Positions 1 through 12,174 of a stretch of 64,000 nt of DNA are shown in pieces (within the stretch, counting starts at the first letter, position 1; each line of letters opens with the position of its first letter). Source of the stretch: Paraspadella gotoi (taxonomy: Eukaryota > Animalia > Chaetognatha). The stretch spans positions 21,440,456-21,504,455 of the forward strand of contig CM119270.1 in NCBI GenBank assembly GCA_051294375.1, written 5' to 3'. The notes under the pieces were generated by a model. The model was not told where the DNA came from. It saw only the letters and a program-made list of their open reading frames with translations, and did no database searches. The position numbers and the translations under genes are program-made.

Positions 1-40
1 AACCTTAAACTTTCCTTTCCCCAAAATCCTTACCCAACAG

Positions 41-1602
41 ATTCTTCGCGCGACAGGAAAACCTTACCATCCTTCTTGTTTCATCTGCGTCGTTTGTGGC
101 AAAAGTTTAGACGGAATTCCTTTCACGGTCGACGCCACAAATCAAATTCACTGCATCGAAGATTTTCACAACAAATTCGCGCCCAAGTAAAATCTCTTCC
201 GTTTAAACAATCGATCGGATAATTTTAAAAAGTTAATTTATTATATGAGATTTGTACAATATACAAAATTATCGATTCATTTTAATATTCAAGTTACCAA
301 TACGAAATCATTCATTTATTTAATAAATAAACAACCAATTCTTCTTACTGGACATTTATCATATGATTGAAAGCTTGCATGGACCTGCTATGACATTGTC
401 TTGTAGGAGTGATTGTGGCTTTAAACCACCAAAGCCTGTCCAAAGTCAGAGGCAATATAGCTTATTTATTAAATGAATGGATAATTTGTATATTAGTTGT
501 ATCAATTTCATGTTGGAAAGGAGGACCGCTCCCTTAAGGTTGTAAAAACCCAGGTTCCTCTTAAGATGAATCCGTTTCGCTTTCCCTTACCCCTTACTCT
601 TTACCCCTTACCCTTTCCCAGGTGTCACGTGTGCGGTGAAGGCATCGTACCCGAACCTGGAGAGACTGAAACTGTGAGAATCGTTGCACTCGATCGAAGT
701 TTTCATGTCGCTTGCTACAAGTGTGAGGTGAGAAGCAAAGAAGCAAGCGTTGATGTAAGCATTGTGTAGAGGAGATGCAAGCATTGAGTAGAGATGCAAG
801 CATTGAGTATCATTAGTGCCAAAAAAATGTTCTTGTCACGATAAAAATCTAAAACGAGCCTGAGAGAATTTTCAACCGAATGCAGCGTTTGTTAATGAAT
901 AAAATTAACATTTAAAATAAATTTAACTAAAGTAAATAGTAAACGTCCCGCATGACCTCCTGCTTTTATCTTTCGACGCTTTTCCCTTTTTTTTTGCTTC
1001 CACCAAAACAAAAAACAAAAACAACAAAAAAACAACAAAAAAACCAAAAAAATCCGCCCTTTTTTGTGAAATTTCAATTCAGTTTTAATTTCCCCCAGAG
1101 AGATTATGTGATAGAGTGAATCTTAAAAGTGACATCACGTGCTGTGACATTTTTTGCCGTCGATCCACTCATGTTGAGATAAATCACCCCTTTTTATTTG
1201 ATCACCCTGTACGATTGAAAGGATGTGAACTGAAATTATAAACTGCTCCCATCAATTACAAACATCTTCTGAGTTGAATGTTTATTTTTATTTTTTTTTT
1301 TTTGTGGATATTTTTCGCCTCTTTGTTATAAATACATACATATATATTTTTTGACACTTGATTGAATCGGTCAAAACGAATTTACTGAAAAAACCCGTTA
1401 TATCCTATTTGCTTCTTTTTTTTTTCATTTCGCTCATTTTAATTCTTATTTTCTCCGCCAGGATTGTGGCATGCTTTTAGGAACGGTCAACGGCGAACAA
1501 CGTCCCAACTACCCGCTAGATGGTCACATTCTGTGCCAACAGTGCAACGCCAACAGAATTCGCGCCATCACGGTCGCCGCCCCAAAAATTACCGATCTGT
1601 GA
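41..1602 (+). CDS. LPP: 3' end (LIM2-LIM3) of an LPP/zyxin/TRIP6-family LIM-domain protein; exons 41-186, 622-727, 1462-1602; 5' part lies outside the window
   Basis: GT-AG spliced translation with consistent phases: ILRATGKPYHPSCFICVVCGKSLDGIPFTVDATNQIHCIEDFHNKFAPK-CHVCGEGIVPEPGETETVRIVALDRSFHVACYKCE-DCGMLLG...YPLDGHILCQQCNANRIRAITVAAPKITDL*. This matches the LPP/TRIP6/zyxin LIM2-3 region, and the terminal -TDL resembles LPP -STDL. The exact paralogue assignment is uncertain. Confidence 0.93.
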
Positions 1603-2459
1603 TTATTTAGTTAATTGATTATTGATAAGAAATCAGAAATAATTCCGTGAAAGATAATAATAAATATTTTTTTTTTAAATATTAAAAATATTGTCTTCTG
1701 CTTCCATTATTTCGGGAGGAAAAACAACTTTTCGTAAAAAAAAAAAAGCTTGGGAAAACTTTAAAAGACAATACATTTACGCAATTAGCTTAGTCCAGTT
1801 TGTTTAGACGTTATGATTTAATTGATATAATTTTATAAAAATTCGAACCGAAAAAAAAAAAATCGTTCCAATTCCACCCAACTTGTTAACTTGTTACTGT
1901 GATCATTTTTTAAAAAATGTACAAGTAGGAAAATGAGCATTAATTAATTATCTTTTGACTTTTCTTTTTTCTCTCTTTGTGTTCGCCTTCTCTCTCTTCC
2001 GCTGTTTCAAATCGAAGAGGCGATGTATTCAAAACTACTGTGCCACTTTGCCACTGTGCCTTGATTGTTGCTGCCATCGCGATTGCTAATTTGGTGAACG
2101 GGAGTGTAAATAATAATAATAATAATATATCTGGCGAAAATAGAGCTAAATGTCTTTGTTTCGAATCAAATAAAACATTTAATTTTTATGAGTTTTATGA
2201 ATCAAGAGCATTAGTTCTGTTCAATTAGACAGTTTTATTACAGACAAAATTTTATTGATACATATGCAGTGCAAGATTCCTCTTTTTTTTGCATAATGAA
2301 ATTCACAATGAAATGAAATGAAAATGAAAATTCCAAATGAAAATTCATTCATTCATGAAATAAAAAGATGACGAACTCGTAAATTCAATAAATCGTTCAC
2401 AAACTCACAAAAAAAGTGAATAAAACAGTCAAATGTCTTTTGTTTCCCCCAGGCTTTTT

Positions 2460-5400
2460 CTACGCCGATCCAGGCGCCCCGAGCGTAAACATGGCGGTAG
2501 AGGGCGCGGCTCCGCTCTGCGCCATTAATTTCTGGCATTCCTGCAGATGTCCTTTGTCACCGAGGCGCTCGAACGTCGACGCTGCTGACGAGAGTAAGAT
2601 GGCGCGTCGTTCGTCGCTTGCGTTTAACACGAGCGCCGGTAGATGTTTGCAAGCCTGAGGGAGAGAAAAGAAAAGAACATCGAAATTAGGGATAAAATAT
2701 TAATTAAAAAAAAAAAATAAATAATTGTCAAAAAAGTAATGTGTGGCTTATTACGGATAAATTAGTCGAGTTTTAATAACTTAAAGATGTTGATAATTGA
2801 AGGAGATTATGCAGATAAAATCATTGTTTATATTTAATATTAATTTTTTACTTTTATTAAAAAGAAAAGGTTGTTTACAAAAAACGCAACGAAAAGAAAG
2901 TCTTAACAAAATGTCTCTAAATTATTATTTGATATCATCGAGTAATTTATAATATTAATTCTACCATGAGATAGCAAAGCGCCGACGTGGATTCGTTGAT
3001 AATCGAGACGCCATCTTCCTCCGCTTCCTGGTCGCCACGCCCCCTTCGCGTCGTCATCGGTCCGAAGAACGTCGCCGTAACGCCGGCGTCATCGGCGCCG
3101 CCGCCTCTGCAGCGACCCCGAAGCAGCAGGGCCTCCGTGCGGAGCGGCGAGGCGCCGCACATGAGGCGGTAGGCGGCTTCGTGGAGGAGGAGTTTGGGGA
3201 GGGCGGCGGAGCGGACGAGGGGGAAGGTGGAGATTTGGCGGAGGAAGCTGGGAGGGGGGGGAGATGGAAGAGAAGTAAAAATACTGTTAAATAAATACTA
3301 ATTTCTGTTTAATCAATACTAAGTCAAAATTTTTATAACGTAAATCCAGTTTATTGAATCCTAAATTTAGTTGAAAATAACCTAAATCGTGTTAAATAAA
3401 TCCTAATTCAAGTTTTATTAAATACCAAATCAAAAATAATACACACTAAATACAATTTGTTGAATCCTAAATTCAATTAATATAAATTAAATTTAGTCAA
3501 ATAAATCTTAAATCAAGTTAAACAAATCCCAAGTTCAGTTTAACAAATCCCGGATCCAGTTTAAAAATTCCTGAATCTAGTTTAACAAATCCTGAAACCA
3601 GTTAATACTGACCCCAATTCCTGTTGATAAACTCCAATGTCGTCGACTTCGAAATCTGAACCAGATTCCATTCCGTCTTCCCACAAGTTGGTCCTTTAAT
3701 CAAATTAATTTAATAAATATTAAATATGTAACATATTTTGTTTGTTGGTCGTTGATTAATTCGCTTCTCGGCTTTGTGTTCACCTCGCTTCACACTTCCT
3801 TTACTCACCTTGCAGTCAGAAGCCAATCAGCGGCCATCAACTTTACTCACCTTGCAGTCAGAACCCAATCAGCGGCCATCAACTGCAGAATCTCCACCAT
3901 GTTTCTTTCCTCTTCCTCATCATCTTTGGACCCGGATGCAAATTTGTCGTGGGACCGGATGTTCAGCGAAGAGCGGAGTCGAGATCCGGCGTCGTTGCAG
4001 GCGGCGATGACGGCGTCGGTTCGTCTGAGAATATTGTCATTTGAAAATAATAAAGAAAGAGAAAATGATAAAAAAAAGAAAAAATGAATAGAAAGAAAAA
4101 AAATAGATGAAGAGATAAAGAAAGAGAAATAGTGAGAGATAGAGAAAGAGAAATGGAGCGAAAGAAAAAGAAAGAAAAAAAGAAAGAATAAAAGAAATAA
4201 AGAAAGAAAGAAAGTAAGAAAAAAACAAAACAAAACAAAGGAAGGAAGGAAAGAAAAAAAGAGAGATAATGAGAGGGCAAATCCGGATTCCGGCGGATTC
4301 TACCAGAATCACGGATCCGATTCTATTTTCGGATCTGATTCCATCTGCGATGAGATGAAGAAATTTCTCTTTCAAAAGAGAAACGGAGCGGAAAAAATAG
4401 AGAAAGAAAGAGAGAAATAAAAGAAAAAGAAATAAAAAGAAAGAAAGAAAAATAGAGAAAGAGAAAGGGGGAGAAAAAAAAATTAAAGAATAAAAATTAA
4501 AGGAATAAAAAAAATAAATAAAAAAAAAAGAAAAGACGACTCCTCACCCATTCCTTCCTTCGGCCTTCAACTTCAAGGACAGGAAGTGTGCCCTGAAGGC
4601 GTGGAAAAGGGCGTGAGGGAGCGGATCGTCCGAATCCGCGAGATACTTTGGAAAGTTAAGAATCGCGGGGACGAAGGGTGAAGCATCTTCTTCGTTGCCG
4701 ACGGACAAATTGACGGAGGCCGCGATCAGAGAAGACCACCATCTGGGGGAGAAGGAAAATGTAATGTCAGTAATGAAACAATTTACAGTTTACAATGCGT
4801 CATATAACAATTTTGTTTTGAAAAAGAAACGGAGATTGTTTTTTTTGTTTGATACAACATTAAGCGATTAGTGAAAACGTATTGTAAGATATAGTAAGAG
4901 AGAGAGAGAGATAGAGACAGAGAATTAGAAAGAGAGAGACAAATGATGACCTGGCCAACTCGTCTCCTTGATCGCTCGACGTCAACTGCAGATCGTTGAA
5001 TGGCAAACGCGACATCTGAATCTTCGACATCTCCAGCACCAACTGCACCTTGGAGACGACTTCCGCCAGCACCCCCAACGCCTCGTCGCCGGCCGCGCCC
5101 ATCGCGCGTCGTCCGGCGCCACGAGAGGGCGTCACCAGTGCCCGAAGGCAGGATCGCAGCAGCGCCCGTTTGTAGTCGCGGGCGACGAAGCTGAGAGGAT
5201 TGGCGGCACTGGAAGCCGCGGAAAAAAGGGGCGCCGTTCGGTGACCGGCGCCGGCGACGCCGTCTGAGGTGGAACAATGGGTTGCGCTCCAGGCGCCGCC
5301 GAGGAGGAATCTGGTAGTGGGGGGGAGGAAATATTTGATATACACTCATGTGCAAAAAAAAAACGCCACTTAATAACTTTTAATTCCAGATGCTCCATAA

Positions 5401-8400
5401 CAATTTTTATAAAAATTATGTAAATAATTTTTTTTAAAAAATGTATCAATGTGTAAAAATTGTATAAAAATCGGTCAAGCGGTTCAAGAGATACAGTGTG
5501 TCCCAATCGTACTGTCTCTTTAGAAAAGCTTACTGCTCCTATACCAGATCAAAAAAACTTGAATTCATTATAATGACTATGTGCACAAGTATGGAACATT
5601 TTATAGGATTTATTGATATCAATACTTATTTTATACAAATTAAAATTTAAATAATTTTTATCTATTTAAAATATTTTTATAATAATATCCTTATGAAATA
5701 ATACATTTTCAAAATAACCTTTTTTTAAATTTTTATTCATAAAAAGTTAGATCGAAAATATAAAATATGTTATTAAAAATTGTAATCTCTTCAGCATCAA
5801 AAATAGAAAAAAAGGTAAAAATTCTCCACTTTTTTATGCTCTATAATAGAAACTATTATATGATGAAACGTTTTAGTCATTTTTCGCATATTTAACCTAA
5901 AAATATCATGATACATATTTTATATTTTACAAAAGTTTTTCCGTTTTTTCCGGCGAATCCGAAACTATTCTTAAAATTAAAAAAAATATGATTTTGAAAT
6001 TTTATGATTTTATAAATTTATTACTTTAAGGAAACGAATAATTTAATTGCAACAACAACAATTTTTATTGTTAGACGAACATGTTTCGGCTCACAGTTTG
6101 AGCCTTCATCAGCGTCTAACAATATAAATTGTTGTTGTTGCAATTAAATTATTCGTCTCCTTAAACCAAAACACAACAAAAAAGAAAGGATTTACACACA
6201 AATTTATTACTATAAAGAAAATTCCATTAATGAAACTGCTATGCAAAATTCCATTTGAAAAAGGGCTTAATTATTTTATATTACATATACAAAGGCAGCG
6301 TCGCCGAATCTTTTCATCACTCCACCCTAATGAGCGTCCTAATCAAGCCACCTGTGTCCTTCCCTCGTGCAGAGCAACTGATGCAGGTGCGGTGTGAGTG
6401 GACTCCGCGCTCGGTTGGCGAAACGTCGAGCTTTTGACAGAAGGTAGCGACCGAGGGAGGAAAACCAGCGAGGAGTCAAAGCCTGATCGAGACAGAGAGA
6501 GAGAGATGGAGAGGGATATTCAGTGAGAAATATACAGAAAGATAATACTGTAAGATCTCCATTCCCTCAGTTGCCTTTCCACTTTCAATCTTACAGTACC
6601 GATTACAAGGTGTCTAAAATCAATTTATTCTATCTAGGCAAGATGGCTAAATTTTTGTTTAAATGGATGACTTTGTACAATTGATTGTATTAATTTAATA
6701 CATTTTTACCCATGTGACATGACATAACATTGTATATTTTTTACCTTGACCCTCACTGCCGCCAACAAGTAAATTTCCACCATCACTTCAGTGTCCATCG
6801 CGTGACTCGCGGCTTCGCCCATGTTGACGGCGGAGAGGGCGAGATTGAGCGCCGCCATCTTGGATCGCGAGGGGGCGTGACCGGTTAGTTGGAGCTGATG
6901 GAGTTGGTGATAAGCGTAGGCGCCATCTCTGGGGGAACGAAGAGAGAATGGAAATCAGTAAAATGATCATTTATATTCCAGTATTATCACTTCCAACCCC
7001 AATCACTTCTATCATTTATATTACAGTTTTATCACTTCTAACCTAATCATTTCTATCATTTATATTCTAGTATTATCACTTCCCACCCAATCACTTCTAT
7101 CATTTATATTCTAGTATTATCACTTCCAATCCAACCACTTCTATCATTTATATTCCAGTATTATCACTTTCAACCCAATCACTTCCATCTATTCCAGTAT
7201 TATCACTTCAAACCCAATCACTTCTATCACTCCCAAAAATCACCTGAAGCAACTCCTGGCATCTGGATCGCGCAGGTGCGTCCTTCCCGTCAGCCACCTG
7301 CCGACGTAGACGCGATGCAGCAGTTGGCGGAAGGCCTGCCACAGCAGAGACAGGAAAAGATCTAGGCTGGAGACGGGCAGCGGACGCCCCAGCGAGGAGA
7401 GGCAGCCCGACAGCTGAGCCCAGGCTTCCGTGTATCGACCTTCGGACCAATGAGCGTCCGCTTGTTTTCTGTTTTGTTTTTTTTTTAAATCGCGGGGAGA
7501 AAGAAATACTTAATTGCGATATTCAATAATTTATTCTATTCAGTGCCAAAATGCCATTTAGCCCTGCTCATTAGGTATTTCAAAAAACAAAACAGGACTA
7601 CTATCAATTAAGTATTTAGAAGGCAGGACTAATTGAATAAACTATGGCGGCCCTTACCATTAAGACTCATTCCTTACCCGCTCGCCCCCCCTCACTGAGA
7701 TCTCCCTCACCTGTGCCTCCAGTATTGAACCTTCGACTCCGATTTCGCGTTGGTGATTGGTTCTCCGTAAACAAGCAGCTTGGTCAGACACAGCACCACC
7801 ACCACAGTGTTGAAGGCCCACAACAGGAAGCGTTCGTTAAAGCCCCAAATGGTGCCGCTGTTGTCGCCGTTGCTGCTGCCGCCGCTGCGGCTTTCTCCCG
7901 CTAACCACAGCATCATCCTTCCTCCAGCGTGAAGATTCCCGTAGTCGTTGGCGTCGACGCCGGAGGTGGACTGTAATGAGGGGGGATGTGGAAAAAATGG
8001 AGGGGAAGTGGAAAAGTTGAAAAGGAAATGGAAAATGAAAATGGAGTCATCAAAATGGAAAATGGCCAAATGAAAAAGGAAAATAAAAAAAAATGAAAAA
8101 GGAATAAATGGAGGGAATGAGAAAAAGAAAAATAAAAAGAGAGAAATTAAAAATAGAAAAATCATCTTTCTTTCTCTTTCTTTCTCACCCCAGCGCCTCC
8201 ATTCTTCGCCAGAGACAAGAAACTCCCGAAAGGATTAAAAGCGATGACGGCGAACATGAAGATACAGAGGGCGACACGTGATCGATCCGGCATTCCGGCC
8301 GGATTCCTCGTCGGCAAGTTGTTGTTGTTGTTATGATGGAAAGCGAGGTGTGATTTGGCGGCGCCGAGAGTCTCAACTCCGTCTTCGTTGCCAGGAGACG

Positions 8401-11016
8401 AGGGAGCAGAGCTTGAGGAAGTGGGGCTGCTCGGCTGAGAGTCGTCAGAGGAAATGACATGGCAGCTGAAGAGTCAAATATATTAAATAAAAATAGATAA
8501 ACTTAATATTTCAAAATATTATTACTTACTTCACACTCGTTTCGGCTTAAGTTAGTAAATATATCCTTAACAGAGACAAACATTTTACTCACAAATTCGA
8601 CTTATTAAAAATAGACTCTTACTTCCCATCAACTAGTGCCACCAATCCCCGCTCTCCACTAGCCACACCTATCTCTCCACTACCCCCCTCTCTCCTCTAC
8701 CCCCCTCTTTCCTCTACCCCTCTCTCTCCACTACCCCCCTCTCTCCTCTACCCCCTCTCTCTCCACCCACCCACCCACTCACCTACGACGACTCTCCATG
8801 AGGTCCAACACTCCGTCATCCTCCACTACGGTGTGAATCTTTCCGAAAAGATGCGCGATGCCGTTCTCGTTGACGACCTGTTTGTAGGCGTGGTTCTCGG
8901 CTCGAAGTTTTCCGTTCTCTCGTTGCAGATGACGAATGTAGTCGACGGCCTTGCGGAGGACGGCCGACTTGTTGGTCTTGGCTTCGTCGACGGCGACGAG
9001 GTTCTTCAGTTCCACGATTTTGTCGTTGATGGAGCATCTGATGGATAGAGAGATGAGTTTTGATGGAGAAATTGATGAGGAAAGATGAACGATTAATTGG
9101 ACCAATCAATTTTCATCGAAAGTCAATGTCAATAAAAAATTAGAATCTGACAAAAAAAAATTACATAATAACTGACATAAATTGACGCAACATGACTTAA
9201 TTGACATAAAACAATTTTCGAGAGCGAGGTACATGACATTGAGGTATCCACCTCAAGTCGGGAGAAATTTCGTCAGTTTATTGAATCAATGAATAATTAG
9301 TTGCGCAGGGATTACTCGAGGAGCAAATCAATAAGTCGGTCGGTACATCTCACGTTAAAAATACTCATAACTTGGGTAATACTTAATTTAGTTTATACTT
9401 TTTGTTCGTCCACAGTACCATATAAAACCTTTAATGTGCATATCCGTGAATGATTCTTGTGCATATCACGTGACCACACAGAACTACGATCAGGTGATTA
9501 CAAAATAAATGAGGCATATTTCATATAATATTTGGTTATAGTTAAAACATATATTGGTTGTACCAATTTCATAATAATGTATTCATGTAATTATGTAATT
9601 ATGATCTCTCAAAAATACACATGAAAATAAAGTCATTGCGGCGAAACACACTGAAAGAACCAAACATGAGCAGTAATCTTTCCATTTCAATATCAATTGA
9701 GGTAGGAGTAACGAATACGTACAAATTCCAAAAAAGACAACAACGACAAGGACAACTACCTGTATCTCTTTTCGATGGCGTTGTGAGAATATCTCTTCCC
9801 TCCTTTTCCTTTCGACTGAAGTCTCTCGATCGCCACTTTTTCTCCGCCGTCGACGACAACGCCGCAGGGCGCCGCCGCGGAGCTGGGCGAGGCGGCCTGC
9901 AGCTGCGCGGCCAACGTGGGGGCGCTGGCCACGATGGGGGAGAGGGGCAGGCAGGAGGGCGGCGACGACGACGACGAAGACGACGACGAAGACGGCGAGG
10001 CTGCGGCGGCGACCGCTGCGACGGCGGACGGAGACGGCGTCACCAGGATCGGATGCATCGTCGCGACTCGCTGCGGAGACGAGTGAGCGGCGCGAACGAC
10101 TTGCTCTTGAGTCAGAATGCGTTGCGGCAGAGTCTGCAGCGCGGGTTGCGGCAGGAATTGTTGCTGCAGGGGAGCGACGTTTTGCTGCGGAGTTGAGGAA
10201 AATTGCGACGACGACGACGACACTGTCAGTAATTGTTGGATCCGGCGATTCGAAGCGACGGGGGATTGGGTCGGTAAAGGTGCCGACGCGACGCCTGATT
10301 GGGTCTGCAAAGGATTGGACATCGGCGCCTCTTGATTCAGCTGTGCCTGTGAATTCAGCTGTGCCTGTGGATTCAGCAGTGCCTGTGGATTCAGCTGTGC
10401 CTGTGGATTCAGCTGTGCCTGTGGATTCAGCTGCGCCTGATTATTCAGCTGGGTCTGTGGATTCAGCTGTGGCACTGCGGTCAGCAAGTGCTTGAGAAGG
10501 TTCTGGCTCTGCTGATATTCGCGCTGCTGCCGGTCCTGCTGATCCTGGATTTGCTTTAAAAGATTTTGCAGATTTTCCATTTGGTTGGAGGGAATTGGAG
10601 GTTGAGACGGAGGAGGAGCGGCTGAGGGGGAGATTAAGTTTATTAAGTTAATGAAGAGAAAGTAATTATTGTTATGTGTTAGTGACAGAACCGTTCAATA
10701 TAAGCAGTCCCTGAGCTTCGGATCAGGCTGTAACACCATGTTACAGGCGGTTTAAGCGCCCCGTCCCTCTTAACTGCTAGGCGACCACCGGGCTAGAACC
10801 CCGGACCATTGGGTTGGGAGGAAAATGACTTGCCTCCGGCACCAATGGCCGCTGATGAACGGTTAGTGGATTTTAGTCCAACATATTAATTAATTTTATT
10901 AAGAATTAATCTAAATTAGACTTTATTATGATTTAATTAACCATGAAGGCTTTATGAGGCTGGACCAACAATCCAATTGTACACCAAGTTCATAAGTTGA
11001 TGGTCCCATTCTCCCT

Positions 11017-11061
<45 letters not shown>

Positions 11062-11830
11062 AAAAAAAACCCGGATTTCTTTCACATAAATCAACCATAG
11101 ACTGACCGACAATTCCTTCCTCTCCGACTCACCCGGCGCCTTTTTCTCACTCACCCGCTCCTTCGACTTCTTCCTTCTTCACCACGAACGGCGACACGGA
11201 CGCCATCGCCGGCGCCTTTCCCGTCCGCTGCTGCGGATGTTGCTGCAGAAGCTGCTGCTGAGACGTCGCTCCAGCGACGGCCTGCAGCTGCAGATGATGC
11301 TGCGACTGAGACCGGTGACGTCTATTGACCGGCGCAGGCACGGCGCCTGCCGGAACGGGAACGCCCAAACCCGGCGACATCTTGCCGACGACCAGAGCGG
11401 CGCTAACGGGTGGCCAAATTACATTCGGGGAGGAATCGTGATTCCAAACAACATCCGGGTGGGCGTGGCCAGATGTTGTAGGGGAGATCGGAATGGAACC
11501 TTGAAAAGGTTTGAATCTCGTCGCTGTTACCATGGTGATGTTATTGTTATTATTATTACTATTATTTTTGTTGTTTACCTTCGGCTTCCGTGATGATAAT
11601 TGATCGATCTTCATCCTGAGTCATTTGATGATCGAAAAGGCGATCGTCGAACAAATCTGTCGGGTTATAAATAATTTAATATCAACAATAAATTCTTAAT
11701 TAAATAATTAAATGTCATTTCTGTTTTACAAAGGCCGTCCGCCTTTACCGTGCATGAACTGGTCTCCTTCGCCGGTCCCGTGAGCGATGAAGCTAAGTAG
11801 TTCCTCGTCAAGATTCAGTTGTGGCTCCAT
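2460..11830 (-). CDS. SREBF: Sterol regulatory element-binding protein (SREBP), 16 coding exons: 11749-11830, 11579-11656, 11155-11499, 9760-10621, 8783-9037, 8189-8465, 7711-7970, 7244-7468, 6745-6928, 6352-6482, 4951-5310, 4548-4742, 3851-4024, 3613-3693, 2965-3247, 2460-2654
   Basis: Hand-spliced with consistent phases. Acidic N-terminus ([14 protein letters not shown]); bHLH with the SREBP-diagnostic Tyr ([24 protein letters not shown]...[16 protein letters not shown]); S2P motifs DRSR and NP in TM1 ([23 protein letters not shown]); luminal S1P-type RxxL (RMML); TM2 followed by YGEP; regulatory-domain motifs [48 protein letters not shown] and [16 protein letters not shown]; TAG at 2460-2462. 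Exons 1-3 are the least certain. Confidence 0.96.
3799..3882 (-). repeat. 42-bp tandem duplication of the SREBP exon 13 3' end plus splice donor
   Basis: ctttactcaccttgcagtcagaa(g/c)ccaatcagcggccatcaa occurs at 3799-3840 and 3841-3882 with one mismatch. Confidence 0.95.
6026..6199. mobile_element. Short hammerhead-bearing Penelope/retrozyme-like insertion (copy 1) with fold-back arms and 12-bp TSD
   Basis: TSD aaatttattact at 6014-6025 and 6200-6211; 53-bp inverted arms at 6025-6077 and 6113-6165 (2 mismatches); HHR core between the arms; tail acaacaaaaaagaaaggatttacaca shared with the copies at 13.3 kb and 46.5 kb. Confidence 0.85.
6067..6123 (-). ncRNA. Minimal type I hammerhead ribozyme
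   Basis: Minus strand reads attgttagacg-CTGATGA-a-ggctca-aactg-tgagcc-GAAA-catg-TT-cgtctaacaat: stem I, CUGAUGA core, 6-bp stem II, GAAA, short palindromic stem III and a GUU cleavage triplet. This is the layout known from Penelope-like-element HHRs. Confidence 0.85.
6968..7232. repeat. ~44-bp minisatellite (~6 copies) filling most of SREBP intron 8
   Basis: Unit catttatattc(c/t)agtattatcacttccaacccaatcacttctat starts at ~6968, 7013, 7057, 7101 and 7145, with a partial copy after that. Confidence 0.9.
10335..10470 (-). repeat. Coding 18-bp tandem repeat encoding (QAQLNP)n in SREBP exon 4
   Basis: + strand unit gtgcctgtggattcagct, ~7 copies; protein [47 protein letters not shown]. Confidence 0.92.
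10700..10853 (-). mobile_element. tRNA-derived SINE-like element in SREBP intron 3
   Basis: Minus strand has an A-box-like tggtgccggagg and a B-box ggttctagccc. The segment aacccaatggtccggggttctagccc recurs as aacccaagggtcccgggttctagtcc near 33315-33340. Confidence 0.55.
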
Positions 11831-11846
11831 GGCGGATTTAAGGGCG

Positions 11847-11925
11847 GATTTAAGGCCAGATTAAAGTCCAACGCCAGGCCGATTTAAGGCCAGATTAAAG
11901 TCCAACGCCAGGCCGATTCTAGGCC
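11847..11925. repeat. 34-bp tandem duplication in the SREBP 5' UTR
   Basis: gatttaaggccagattaaagtccaacgccaggcc at 11847-11880 and 11881-11914, plus a partial third copy. Confidence 0.85.
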
Positions 11926-12174
11926 GCCTTTGGCCGATGATCAACAGTAATTTTTTACACGTTTGAAAAACCGGGACGAAATTACGGTGTGAAAACAAGA
12001 ACAAATATTTATTTTTCGTTACGTTGTTTTCTGTAAATTAACAGGACGATACGTTAAAAGAATGAGTAAATGATGTCATTATGCGTCAAAATTCTCCACG
12101 TAACCAAAACACATTTCATTTTTCTTGCATCTTTTTTTTTTTGTTCTGCCTAAAAGTCAGATTTGTTCTCGTCT

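Noticed and set aside
4280-4345. Exon-like GC-rich island inside SREBP intron 12
   Set aside because: In the required phase it hits a TAG, and exon 12 (phase 2) joins 4024 directly in frame.
5340-5520. Tc1/mariner-like MITE ends (tacactcatgtgcaaaa; also gatcaccctgta at 1200-1211)
   Set aside because: No matching second TIR was found, so the elements cannot be delimited.
8535-8575. Possible fifth hammerhead (gccgaaacgagt on minus); lone CTGATGAAG at 31217
   Set aside because: Only half of the core is present in each case, with no stems, tail or TSD.
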